Shown: positions 1 through 9,365, counted from the first letter of the stretch. The stretch: DNA of 32,000 nucleotides from Thermodesulfobacteriota bacterium (GCA_026625185.1 CP113000.1:2205622-2237621), one strand, 5' to 3'. Notes: generated from the letters alone by a model not told the origin. Translations and numbers: made by a program.

Positions 1-523
1 ATTCGTTGATGATTTTGATAAGATCGGTACGGGGGGTAATGCACGGAACGATTTCATATTTGGTGTAGCGCCGGAGATCTTCGAGTACTTCATGATCGAG
101 AGGATTTGCCATTGCCACATGCAACTGATTGCTTTCTACCGCGAGACCGAGCACCAAGTGTCTTTTGGCGAATGCCTTGGGAAGCAATCTGACAATCGCT
201 GTGGAATCAAGTTCGAGAGGATTAATTTTTTTGTAAGGAATACCAAACCGTTTTGCCAACACTTTGGTGATAAACTCCTCGGTAAGGATTTCCCCAGTTT
301 TATCAGTTTTAAAGTTAAAAGACGCTATAACTTCTACCGGCGGAACTTCATAACCATAATCTCCGCGGCTCTTGTGATGGGATAACTCCCTTTTCTTCAG
401 TTGAATCAGTTTTTCCCGCTCTTCCGCAGCCCGCTCTCGGATTTTCATGATCTGCGCTTCGGTTAAAAAGCCCTCATCACCTAAAACCTTACAGACGGTG
501 TCGATGCTTAATGTTTTATTCAT
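1..523 (-). CDS. GspE/PilB-type secretion or pilus ATPase, N-terminal part only (3' part runs off the window)
   Basis: Absent from the ORF track because it leaves the left edge. Manual minus-strand translation from the ATG (revcomp of cat at 521-523) gives MNKTLSIDTVCKVLGDEGFLTEAQIMKIRER...LDSTAIVRLLPKAFAKRHLVLGLAVESNQLHVAMANPLDHEVLEDLRRYTKYEIVPCITPRTDLIKIINE. This matches my memory of the T2SSE_N/MshEN domain that precedes the ATPase core. Confidence 0.6.
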   Translation of the reverse strand, partial: MNKTLSIDTVCKVLGDEGFLTEAQIMKIRERAAEEREKLIQLKKRELSHHKSRGDYGYEVPPVEVIASFNFKTDKTGEILTEEFITKVLAKRFGIPYKKINPLELDSTAIVRLLPKAFAKRHLVLGLAVESNQLHVAMANPLDHEVLEDLRRYTKYEIVPCITPRTDLIKIINE

Positions 524-698
524 AATTTTTAAAAAATTATTTTGGGTATAGTGTTCGTGATAAGTTAAAATACTCTTATCCGTATCCTCTTCGTTATCCA
601 GTGGAAGGCTGGGTAAAATTAGGTAACCACTTTACCAGGTATTGAGTTTTTTTGCAACGCTCTATAAAATTTTTATAATAAGTTAATAGAATTGATGG

Positions 699-941
699 GT
701 TCCTAAAAAGACGAAGATGTCACTCAGAGCCTGTCGAATGGTGAACCTAACTAATTGATATTAATACGAACGCATTTGGTTTTTTGACATGATACCCCCT
801 CACCCCTCCCTCTCCCCGCTGGGGAGAGTGTGAGAGTGAGGGGAGAAAATATCGGGTGTAATAAGTTTTAAAGCGTTTGTATTAGTTATGCTTCGACAAG
901 CTCAGCGTGACAAAAACTGCGAATTTTGACTTTTTAGGAAC
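699..941. repeat. MITE-like long imperfect inverted repeat (~120-nt arms) with a GC-rich palindromic core at ~795-845
   Basis: The left arm starts gttcctaaaaag...gtcactcagagcctgtcgaa. The revcomp of the right arm reads gttcctaaaaag...gtcacgctgagcttgtcgaa. Further shared blocks are taactaat and tacgaacgc / tacaaacgc. The core is cccctcacccctccctctccccgc/tggggagagtgtgagagtgagggg. No ORF lies inside. Confidence 0.55.
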
Positions 942-1163
942 TTATCAAATTTTAGAATTAAATTTTTTTTAGGCCGGTTTTATCCTCATAATAAAGATAC
1001 TGGATCGGAATCACAAAAAAAGAGATAGCCGCAGCCCTTAGGCTGGGTAACATAATGAAAATATAACCGAGAAGTGCAAGCAAAGGCTTGCGGTTGCCAA
1101 AATTTGTATTACAATTTGAATTACAACACCGCCTTAAGGAAAAGAATTTAAGGATCCGTTCAT

Positions 1164-1988
1164 ATGATTATTAGTGCAAGTCGAAGGACCGATATTCCTG
1201 CTTTCTATACCCCTTGGTTCATGGAGCGAATACGCGCAGGAAATGCTCTGGTGAAAAATCCCTTTAATCCTTCCCGGGCAAAAACAGTCAGTTTGCAGCC
1301 GGAGGCAATCGATGCCCTTGTATTTTGGACCAGAAATGCCGAACCGCTGATGAAGCATTTAGAAGCGCTGGATGACCGGGGGTACAACTATATTTTTCTT
1401 TATACGATAACCGGCTACGGACCTCCTCTCGAAAAAAAATCTCCTCCTTTAATAAAAGCCTTAGAAACTTTTAGAAAGCTGAGTCAAAAAATTGGACCGG
1501 AAAAAATTATCTGGCGTTTCGATCCTATTATTTATATGCCAGGCAAGGGAGAGGAGTGGATTTCCTCTTGTTTCAATAACATTGCGTGCGCTCTCAGAAA
1601 TGAAACTCAGCGAGTGATAGTAAGTTTTCTTGATTTTTATCCCAAAGTGGTAAAAAGGCTCAAGGCCGTGGAAAAGGAAAGCGGACTCGAGGTCATGGAT
1701 CTTACTAATCAGGACACTGTTATCGGGAAAATTGCCGCTAAGCTGGCTGAGTTAGCCAAAACAAATAGTATGGAGATAGTCAGTTGTGCGGAGAAGAAAG
1801 AACTTGCCGGTTTTGGCATTCAGTCGGGAAGTTGTATTGATGGGAAAATGCTCAACCGTCTCTTTGGAACAAATATCGCTATCGAAAAAGATAAAAGCCA
1901 AAGACCTCAATGTCGATGCACCACCAGTCAGGATATCGGTGAGTACCGCACATGTCGTCATGAGTGCCTGTATTGTTACACGCTATGA
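1164..1988 (+). CDS. DUF1848 family protein (C-terminal Cys cluster, DNA-repair-associated family of unknown function)
   Basis: The N-terminus MIISASRRTDIPAFYTPWFMERIRAG and the C-terminal CRCTTSQDIGEYRTCRHECLYCY cluster are typical of DUF1848 as I remember it. The ORF stops right after CYTL, while an overlapping frame continues to 2073 (see findings). Confidence 0.7.
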   Translation: MIISASRRTDIPAFYTPWFMERIRAGNALVKNPFNPSRAKTVSLQPEAIDALVFWTRNAEPLMKHLEALDDRGYNYIFLYTITGYGPPLEKKSPPLIKALETFRKLSQKIGPEKIIWRFDPIIYMPGKGEEWISSCFNNIACALRNETQRVIVSFLDFYPKVVKRLKAVEKESGLEVMDLTNQDTVIGKIAAKLAELAKTNSMEIVSCAEKKELAGFGIQSGSCIDGKMLNRLFGTNIAIEKDKSQRPQCRCTTSQDIGEYRTCRHECLYCYTL

Positions 1989-2061
1989 TGATGAAGTGAT
2001 AGAAGAGTATAAAAAAAATTGGGGAAAAAAAGGGCAGGGTGGCTTTATTTTAGCTGGAGCG

Positions 2062-2325
2062 TTACGGTGGTAGTTTCTCCCGGGTTTTCTGTTCGGTGAA
2101 TCCCAATTTTTTGCAGAAACTGAGCATCTTTTTGTTATCTGTCAGCACTTCACCATACATCTCGTATAAACCTTTTTCTCTACCTATGTCTATGAGCACC
2201 TCCATAAGTTTATATCCTAACCTTTTTCACTGATACTTATCGTGAACAAGAACTGCAAACTCACCGGAACTGAAGTCGGCAATAATGATGAGCCTGGCGA
2301 AGCCGGTTAAACACGCCTTATCTCG
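2062..2325 (-). pseudogene. Remnant of a GNAT acetyltransferase domain (C-terminal ~85 codons, in-frame TGA, no start)
   Basis: Manual minus-strand translation: ...LTGFARLIIIADFSSGEFAVLVHDKYQ*KRLGYKLMEVLIDIGREKGLYEMYGEVLTDNKKMLSFCKKLGFTEQKTREKLPP-stop. This contains the GNAT Q-x-x-G-x-G/A acetyl-CoA motif region with TGA where the first Gly is expected. There is no upstream N-terminal half. Confidence 0.55.
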
Positions 2326-2349
2326 GGAGGGGAAAAAACAAATTAACTT

Positions 2350-3657
2350 TTATTGGCAGAGTTTTTCGGTGGTCGAAGCAAGGCGGGAGATCAAGGTAGT
2401 GATGAATTTTTTGTAAAATTTGATCTGTAAGGCTTTAGAAAGTTCATCAATAATGGTGGCATCAATTCTGATAACCACAGAATCTTCGGTAGCCACAATT
2501 GAGGTGGTCCGCTTTTGATTGCTTAGGGCAGCCATTTCTCCGAAACAGCTTCCGCGATCAATAAGAGCAATTACTTCCCCCTTTTTTTCCACCTGAACCT
2601 GTCCTAAGATAACAACAAAAAAATAATTGGCTCTTTCATTTTCCTTAATAATGGTGGCTCCCTGTTTATAATGGAACCACGCTCCGATTCTCAAAACCTC
2701 AGTCAACTCTTCGTCCTTAAATGCATTAAAGAACTTAAGGGCCTTTAAATACTTTATGCGTTCATCCGGTTTTTCGGCATCCGACTTCACTTTTGCCTCT
2801 TTCCAAGCGGTTTTTAGATAAAACAGAAACTCCATGATCCCGGGGAAACGGTGGAGAGGATTTTTAGCAATGGCTTGCATGACGACTTGGCTTACACTCT
2901 CTGGCACAGCGGGATTTAATTGGTAGATAGGCGCTGGGTCATGATGAATTACTTTGTTGATAACTTCTATCATGGTTTCGGCTTGAAAGGGTTGTTCACC
3001 GGTGAGAAGCTCGTAAAGGGTAACCCCCAGCGAAAACAAATCTGAGCGCATTGTTACCTGTCCATTGCGAAGTATTTCCGGCGCCATGTACGCTGGAGAG
3101 CCATTGAGGCCGCTGCTTTCGCCGAGGTCAAGGCGGGGGAGTTTTGCGACTCCAAAGTCGGTTATCTTAACAATACCGCGCGGGGTGATCATGATGTTCG
3201 CCGGTTTAATATCCCGGTGGATAATGCCTTGCTGGTGGGCAAAATCGAGGGCTTCGCAAATTTTGGCGGTTATATACATTATTTTATTAAGCGGGAGGAG
3301 TTTGTTTTTGGAACAAAAATTAATTAAATTTCCTCCTTCAACAAACTCCATCGCAATATAACAACTATTACCTTCTAAACCCGCATCATAAATTGCCACG
3401 ATATTAGGATGAATCAATGACCCGGCAGCCTGGGCCTCGGTAAAAAACCGTTCCCGATAATTCTGAATTTGACTTTCAGAAATAGTATCCTCAGGCAACA
3501 AGGTCACTTTTATGGCCACCAGACGTTTGATGTAAGGGTCCCTTCCTTGGTAAATAATACCCCTACTTCCTTTTGCGATTATCCGATCAATAGAATAGCG
3601 GCCAATAGTGTGAGGAAGTTCCGAGTTTTGATTGACGTTTTTAATTTCTTTGACCAT
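2350..3657 (-). CDS. Ser/Thr protein kinase fused to a C-terminal cyclic-nucleotide-binding (CAP_ED) domain
   Basis: Kinase motifs: GSRGIIYQG...VAIK (ATP site), HRDIKPANI (catalytic loop), DFG, SPAYMAPE. The C-terminal part has FGEMAALSNQKRTTSIVA, typical of cNMP-binding domains. Confidence 0.85.
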   Translation of the reverse strand: MVKEIKNVNQNSELPHTIGRYSIDRIIAKGSRGIIYQGRDPYIKRLVAIKVTLLPEDTISESQIQNYRERFFTEAQAAGSLIHPNIVAIYDAGLEGNSCYIAMEFVEGGNLINFCSKNKLLPLNKIMYITAKICEALDFAHQQGIIHRDIKPANIMITPRGIVKITDFGVAKLPRLDLGESSGLNGSPAYMAPEILRNGQVTMRSDLFSLGVTLYELLTGEQPFQAETMIEVINKVIHHDPAPIYQLNPAVPESVSQVVMQAIAKNPLHRFPGIMEFLFYLKTAWKEAKVKSDAEKPDERIKYLKALKFFNAFKDEELTEVLRIGAWFHYKQGATIIKENERANYFFVVILGQVQVEKKGEVIALIDRGSCFGEMAALSNQKRTTSIVATEDSVVIRIDATIIDELSKALQIKFYKKFITTLISRLASTTEKLCQ

Positions 3658-3805
3658 TGTTTTTCCCTTGATAAGAATGTTATAAACAAATTATCATTCT
3701 TGCTTATGGTAGTCAACTTTAAAATCTTATGCGGGGTTGATTGGCTTTTTTGCTCTTTGGTCATGAATTTTTGTGATGAGGAGAGGGTTAATGAAGGAGT
3801 GAACC

Positions 3806-4786
3806 ATGACTTATGAACCGGAAAGAATGACGGCAATAGAAGCAGTAATGAAAGCCTGCTCTCTTTGCCAAGCCATAAGGGAAACATGCCTTCCTGATGA
3901 AGTCCAGGAAAAGGAAGATCATTCTCCGGTCACGGTGGCTGATCTGAGCGTTCAGGCGGTAATCAGCTTAGATCTATCTGAGGTTTTTCCTCATGATTCT
4001 ATAGCCGCGGAAGAGAGTTTGGCCGGATTAGGAGATGACATTAAGGAGAAAGTAGTTTTTCAGGTTAAAACTTTTTTCCCCCCTTTGGGGACGGATAAAA
4101 TTTTTGCGGCGATTGAGCGCTGCACCTATGATGGAGGATCACGGGGACGATTCTGGGTGCTTGATCCCGTGGATGGCACCAAGGGCTTTATTCGTGGCGG
4201 GCAATACGCAATTGCGTTGGCTTTGGTTGAGGAGGGTGAGGTCGTATTAGGTGTTCTTGGTTGTCCTAATCTTCCTGTAAACTTAGAGAAACCCCATGGG
4301 TCCAGGGGGTCAATTTTTGTGGCCGTCAAAGGCCAGGGATCGGCGATGCGATTTATTGATGATCATGTGGAGAGAAAAATTGCGGTTGCCGCTATTGACG
4401 ATTTTTCCCAGGCTTTGTTTTGCGAGTCGTTTGAGCGCGCCCATTCCTCGCACAAACATGCTGCTCGAATCGCCGAAATTCTCGGGATTAAAAAACCTCC
4501 GGTTCGCATGGACAGCCAAAGTAAATATGGAATTGTGGCTCGCGGTGAGGCTACGATTTATTTAAGACTACCGGCGAAAAAAGGGTATGAAGAAAAAATT
4601 TGGGATCATGCTGCGGGCTGGTTGATAGTAAAGGAAGCTGAAGGAGAAGTTACGGATATTCAAGGCAAGCCCCTGGATTTTTCTCAAGGGAGAACATTAA
4701 GTAAAAATTACGGCGTGGTAGCAACCAACAAAAAGCTGCACCCTCAGGTTTTATCAGCTATCAAAAAGGTATATGAAACCCCCTAA
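3806..4786 (+). CDS. 3'(2'),5'-bisphosphate nucleotidase (inositol monophosphatase superfamily, HAL2/SAL1-like)
   Basis: Contains the IMPase-family metal-binding motifs WVLDPVDGTKGF and WDHAAG, with an overall HAL2-like layout. Confidence 0.8.
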   Translation: MTYEPERMTAIEAVMKACSLCQAIRETCLPDEVQEKEDHSPVTVADLSVQAVISLDLSEVFPHDSIAAEESLAGLGDDIKEKVVFQVKTFFPPLGTDKIFAAIERCTYDGGSRGRFWVLDPVDGTKGFIRGGQYAIALALVEEGEVVLGVLGCPNLPVNLEKPHGSRGSIFVAVKGQGSAMRFIDDHVERKIAVAAIDDFSQALFCESFERAHSSHKHAARIAEILGIKKPPVRMDSQSKYGIVARGEATIYLRLPAKKGYEEKIWDHAAGWLIVKEAEGEVTDIQGKPLDFSQGRTLSKNYGVVATNKKLHPQVLSAIKKVYETP

Positions 4787-4807
4787 AAGGATCAGGGAAA
4801 TTATGCA

Positions 4808-5506
4808 ATGAAGAATAAAATCACGTTGGGAGTAAGTTCCTGTTTGCTCGGGGAGAAGACCCGATATGATGGCGCTCACACCAGGGATCAGTTTATTACC
4901 GGGGCGTTGGGAAAATGGGTGGAGTTTGTTTCGGTTTGTCCGGAAGTCGAATGTGGTTTTGGTGTTCCTCGTGAACCGCTTAGGTTAGTGGGTGATCCGG
5001 AATCGCCTTGTCTAATTTCCGTTCATACCAGGCAGGACTATACGCCGTTAATGTTTCTTTGGGCGCGGAAGCGGATGGGAACGTTAAAAAAAGAAGACAT
5101 TTTGGGATTTATTTTTAAAAGTAAATCCCCAAGTTGCGGGATAAAGCGGGTTAAAGTCTACGATAAAAATGGTGTGGCAATCAACAAAGGGAGGGGATTA
5201 TTCGCCCGGGTTTTTAGTGAATATTTGCCCCTGGTGCCGATTCTGGACGAAAAAGGAACACATAACCCAAAAACTTTTAAAAATTTCATGGACAAGATCT
5301 TTGTTTTTAGACGCTGGCGTGAATTTTTGGAGAAAAGCCCGAGCCGAAGCGCGCTGATTAAATTTCATACCCAGCAGAATTTTTTAATCCTTTCGCGCAG
5401 TCCAAAACAATTTATCAGAATGGAAGAGGTAATCGCAGCACCTAAAAATCTTTATCTCAAAGAGTTAATCGATTGTTATCAGAAACTTTTAATAGAGAGT
5501 TTTTAG
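4808..5506 (+). CDS. DUF523 plus DUF1722 (YbgA-like) protein
   Basis: The N-terminus GVSSCLLGEKTRYDGAH is the DUF523 signature. The C-terminal part FVFRRWREFL...LIKFHTQQNFLILSRSP resembles DUF1722. At 232 aa it is shorter than typical fused members. Confidence 0.65.
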   Translation: MKNKITLGVSSCLLGEKTRYDGAHTRDQFITGALGKWVEFVSVCPEVECGFGVPREPLRLVGDPESPCLISVHTRQDYTPLMFLWARKRMGTLKKEDILGFIFKSKSPSCGIKRVKVYDKNGVAINKGRGLFARVFSEYLPLVPILDEKGTHNPKTFKNFMDKIFVFRRWREFLEKSPSRSALIKFHTQQNFLILSRSPKQFIRMEEVIAAPKNLYLKELIDCYQKLLIESF

Positions 5507-5647
5507 TTGGAAAGCAGGATACGACAACACTCTGACATTCTTATAGTTATGGGCAAAATGACCAACTTTGTACTTACTTGCGGGACCTGAAGAAAGGCTT
5601 ACTTGACAGGGGAGAAAAAATAAGTTAGAAAATAATCTTTTTATTTT

Positions 5648-5911
5648 ATGAGGCAAAGCATTTTGTTCGGAATAAGAAATTATTTAACTACCATGTTTGG
5701 ACCGATAGAACTTAATCGCACTCTCCAATACTTTAATATGATTGATCAGAAGATTGATGAAATCGATGAGCATCGCTGCTTTTGCTGTATGTTCTATGAT
5801 CTGTGCCTAAAAGTCGCGGCTCTAAAAAACTGGCGCAGTTTTACGTGCAAATACTGCCCCAATTTTTTGGGTGATGGGGATTCTCTCCGGGGCAACATCC
5901 TGATCCATTGA
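5648..5911 (+). CDS. Hypothetical small Cys-rich protein
   Basis: 87-aa ORF containing CFCC...C...CKYC. Same strand as and directly upstream of the GT2/ParB-like pair. No family recognised. Confidence 0.35.
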   Translation: MRQSILFGIRNYLTTMFGPIELNRTLQYFNMIDQKIDEIDEHRCFCCMFYDLCLKVAALKNWRSFTCKYCPNFLGDGDSLRGNILIH

Positions 5912-6037
5912 ACTGCTTCTGCTTTATCATAATCTGTCTCTCCAGGCTGTGTTTAGAACCTGTCAAAGGTTGATTTCGACCAATTCTTCAAATAGATTGT
6001 GCATCCTTTCCATTTTTTTTCGTGGCATGAAAGGCAC

Positions 6038-6859
6038 ATGAGACCGTTAGTTTCAGTCATTATTACCACCTATAATCGCTGCGCAATGGTAGGGGAAGCG
6101 ATTGAGTCAGTCCTAAAACAGGATTTTCTTGACTATGAAACTATCGTGGTTGATGATGGTTCGACTGACGGAACGAACGACGCTCTCAGAAAATATAATC
6201 AAGTTAATTATTTTTACCAGGAAAACCAGGGAATAAGCCGGGCGAGAAATCAAGGACTCGCGCTTTCACAAGGGGAGTTTGTTTGTTTTTTGGATTCAGA
6301 TGATCTGTGGCTTCCAAAAAAACTTTCTGCGCAAATAAAGGTCATGCAGGATCATCCCGAATTAAAACTAAACTACACTGATGAAATCTGGATTCGAAAA
6401 GGAAGAAGAGTCAATCCCAGAAAAAGGCATCAGAAATGCTCAGGATGGATTTTTGAGAAAAGCCTTCCTCTCTGCATCATAAGTCCCTCCTCGGTTATAT
6501 TGCGGAAAGAGGTTTTTGATGTTGTTGGGCTCTTTGATGAAGGACTTCCGGTATGTGAAGATTACGACCTGTGGCTCCGCGTTACGTCGCGGTTTCCGGT
6601 TTTTTTTATCAATCAAAAATTGATCATCAAACGAGGAGGGCACGAAGACCAGCTCTCCCACCGATTTTGGGGGAATGACCGTTTTCGGGTGCAGGCTCTG
6701 GAAAAAATTATTAACGAGGGGATGATAAAAGAACAGGAAAAAGAGCTTGCCATCCATGAACTGGTCAAAAAAAGTGTTATTTTAGAGAATGGTTTTCGAA
6801 AAAGAGGAGCATTATCGGAAGCGGACTATTACCAACGTCTTATAGGAAAATATTCATGA
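6038..6859 (+). CDS. Family 2 glycosyltransferase
   Basis: VSVIITTYNRCAMVGEAIESVLKQDF...IVVDDGSTDGT and the DSDD motif (FLDSDDLW). I prefer the ATG at 6038 (gaaagg 4-9 nt upstream) over the GTG at 5999 given in the track. Confidence 0.85.
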   Translation: MRPLVSVIITTYNRCAMVGEAIESVLKQDFLDYETIVVDDGSTDGTNDALRKYNQVNYFYQENQGISRARNQGLALSQGEFVCFLDSDDLWLPKKLSAQIKVMQDHPELKLNYTDEIWIRKGRRVNPRKRHQKCSGWIFEKSLPLCIISPSSVILRKEVFDVVGLFDEGLPVCEDYDLWLRVTSRFPVFFINQKLIIKRGGHEDQLSHRFWGNDRFRVQALEKIINEGMIKEQEKELAIHELVKKSVILENGFRKRGALSEADYYQRLIGKYS

Positions 6860-7851
6860 TACCCGAGGCGCTACAAAAAAAAGAAGATAAAAAAACTCAA
6901 TCGGTTTCCTTAACACTGATTGATGATAGGGATGAAAGGTTCCGGATGAGCTTTTGTCCGGATTTAGGCCCGCTTGAAACCTCAATGAAGGAAATCGGCC
7001 TGATAAATCCTATCATCCTTCGGGGACAGGAAGACCGTTTTCAGATTGTATCCGGGTATCGGAGGGTACTGGCGGCGCAAAGCCTTGGATGGGAAGGGAT
7101 AAAAGCTGCGCTTTATACTGCTGATGAACTTAGCCATAGTGAGGGGTTTCTCCTAAGTTTTTATGAAAACCTTGGGACCAGGGGTTTTAATCTTATTGAA
7201 GCCTCAATGGTCGTGGCGGGATTTTTCGAACAATGCGGAAAACACGAAAAACAGATCAGGGAAGAGGTGCTGCCTCTCCTTGGTTTTCATTCGGGCAGAA
7301 AAATTTTTCACGCTCTTCAGTCTCTCAGCCTTTTAAGTCACGAATGGAAGGAGCTGGTTATAAAAAAAGAAATTTCTTTACTCAATGCCGCGAAAATTTC
7401 TTCGTTTTCATTGGTTGATCAGAACGTCTTAAGTGCTGCGCTTTCGGGATTGAAATTAGGTGAAAACAAATTACGGGAGTCTTTGGAGATGGCTGAAGAG
7501 ATTTGCAAACGGGATGAGATCCCGGTGAACGAGCTTTTTTCTTCCGGGCATTTTAAATTATTGGGGCGGCAGGAAAACCTCAACATCAATGAAAAGACCG
7601 AACAGTTCCGGAAAGCACTCAAGACTATACGATATCCTGAATTCAGTAGGAAGCAGCAGGAGTTTCATGATTTCAGAAAGAAGCTTCTTCTTCCTCCATC
7701 AGTAAGTTTGGAGCCTCCTGAATCTTTTGAGGGTGATAAACTTAAAGTGACCTTCAACTTTCGTTCGCCCGACGAATTTCGATTTATCCTGGAAAAATTA
7801 GAAACTGTGGCAGAGAGCGAGGCATTAAAGAATTTATTAAGGATGCTTTAA
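6856..7851 (+). CDS. ParB/Srx N-terminal-domain protein (ParB-like nuclease/CTPase fold), C-terminal part unknown
   Basis: INPIILRGQEDRFQIVSGYRRVLAAQSLGWEGIKAALY matches the ParB N-terminal domain box (G-x-R-R). The start overlaps the GT2 stop (ATGA at 6856-6859). Confidence 0.65.
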   Translation: MIPEALQKKEDKKTQSVSLTLIDDRDERFRMSFCPDLGPLETSMKEIGLINPIILRGQEDRFQIVSGYRRVLAAQSLGWEGIKAALYTADELSHSEGFLLSFYENLGTRGFNLIEASMVVAGFFEQCGKHEKQIREEVLPLLGFHSGRKIFHALQSLSLLSHEWKELVIKKEISLLNAAKISSFSLVDQNVLSAALSGLKLGENKLRESLEMAEEICKRDEIPVNELFSSGHFKLLGRQENLNINEKTEQFRKALKTIRYPEFSRKQQEFHDFRKKLLLPPSVSLEPPESFEGDKLKVTFNFRSPDEFRFILEKLETVAESEALKNLLRML

Positions 7852-7940
7852 TTTTTTATTAAAAATAAATTAACCGATGTTGGGTATATTCTTGGGTTCT
7901 TTTTACCGATCAGGAGACATCTATTCTATGTCTATGGATA

Positions 7941-9365
7941 TTAATGATCATTACCGACCGGAAATATTATTTTAACCGTCGTTCCGTTTCCGGGTTCGCT
8001 AAAGAACTGTATCGTTCCCTTATGACCTTCGACAATCTTTTTAATAGAAAATAGCCCCAGACCCGTGCCCTCAATGGTATTCCTGTTGGGGCTGGAACGC
8101 TGAAAAGGCTGAAACAGGTTTTGAATCTCATCGGGCGAGATTCCTTCACCCTCATCCCTTACACTAATCACCGCGCTGGAATCATGCCGTGCAACCTGCA
8201 GGTGCACATTAGACGCTTGGGGACTGTATTTGATGGCGTTTGATATGAGGTTGAGGATCACCCGTTCTAATCGCCTCGCATCACCCTTTATTCGGCATTC
8301 CTGGTTCCCCTCAAAAACAATACGGTGGGTGGTAATGATTTTGCTCTGCATTTGATGGACATTTCGCACCAGAGAGGTTAAGTCCACCTGCTCGAGATGC
8401 AATGACAAATTACCCGTTTCTATCTGAACGGAATCCATCAAATCATGAACCAAATTTTCGAGATAACCGGTTCGTTCGATGATATGATTCAGCCAGATTA
8501 AATTTTCACCGGAAGCGGAGATCTTTTTTCTTAAGCGGTAAGCCGAAGCTCCGATCATTGTTAGGGGATTTTTCAGATCATGCGCAACCGCGGCAATGAA
8601 ATTCCGGCGATCCTTTTCCAAGTCGCAAATGGCTTCCGCCATATCGTTAAATGTTTTGCATAACATGCCGAATTCATCATTTCGATAGTCCGTTATTCTG
8701 ACATGGAAATTACCCCGGCCAAAAATTTTTGCGGTCCGCATGAGCGTAACGGTGGGCCGTACGATCCTTTTTATAAGAACCAACGGTCCAAGTACTACCA
8801 CAATAGTCACAAATGAAATAAAAATTTGCGACCATCGGTCAACAAGTTTGTCGAGCCTGTTGCTTGCCCGAATAGTGTCCTTCATTTGTTTATGATTTTG
8901 CTCTCCAAAATTTTCAAGGGCCTGCAATAAATTATCGGGTAAGAGAGTCGTTTCTTCCAGAGTAAATGGCTTTTCCGGCATTGTGGCGACTTTAAACCTC
9001 TCAAATTCTCTTTGAATATTACCGATCAATTTTCTTTTCTTCGCAAAAGTCGCGTTGTTGTGAAGCTCGCAAATGAGTCTTTCTGCTTCTTGAAGTTTTG
9101 AATTTCTCAGCTGGTAGTGCCGAAGGTCATGGGTTTCTCTCCATAAAACATCTTCATGGTGTTCTGTCAGTATTAAAATCTCAAGTTGATGAGATAACTC
9201 CAGTGCCCGGGAGTCAGAAAAAATTCTTTTATTCATTGCTTGAAGCTTACCCCTGCTCACAGTTAAAGTGACGGCAAGTATGAAAAAGCTGATTACTAAT
9301 CCGCTCATCCATAATAGGACGGATCTTTTAATGCTGTTTTTTTGAAAGCTCTGCTTTATATTCAT
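7941..9365 (-). CDS. Membrane sensor histidine kinase (TM, HAMP-like linker, HisKA, HATPase_c)
   Basis: H-box FIAAVAHDLKNPL, N-box LISNAIKYSP, G-boxes VRDEGEGI and GTGLGL. Two hydrophobic segments flank a ~150-aa periplasmic-type region. Confidence 0.85.
   Translation of the reverse strand: MNIKQSFQKNSIKRSVLLWMSGLVISFFILAVTLTVSRGKLQAMNKRIFSDSRALELSHQLEILILTEHHEDVLWRETHDLRHYQLRNSKLQEAERLICELHNNATFAKKRKLIGNIQREFERFKVATMPEKPFTLEETTLLPDNLLQALENFGEQNHKQMKDTIRASNRLDKLVDRWSQIFISFVTIVVVLGPLVLIKRIVRPTVTLMRTAKIFGRGNFHVRITDYRNDEFGMLCKTFNDMAEAICDLEKDRRNFIAAVAHDLKNPLTMIGASAYRLRKKISASGENLIWLNHIIERTGYLENLVHDLMDSVQIETGNLSLHLEQVDLTSLVRNVHQMQSKIITTHRIVFEGNQECRIKGDARRLERVILNLISNAIKYSPQASNVHLQVARHDSSAVISVRDEGEGISPDEIQNLFQPFQRSSPNRNTIEGTGLGLFSIKKIVEGHKGTIQFFSEPGNGTTVKIIFPVGNDH

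Noticed and set aside
92-385. 97-aa plus-strand ORF at the left edge
   Set aside because: It lies antisense to a minus-strand frame that gives a clear GspE/PilB N-terminal domain and opens at a proper ATG at 521-523.
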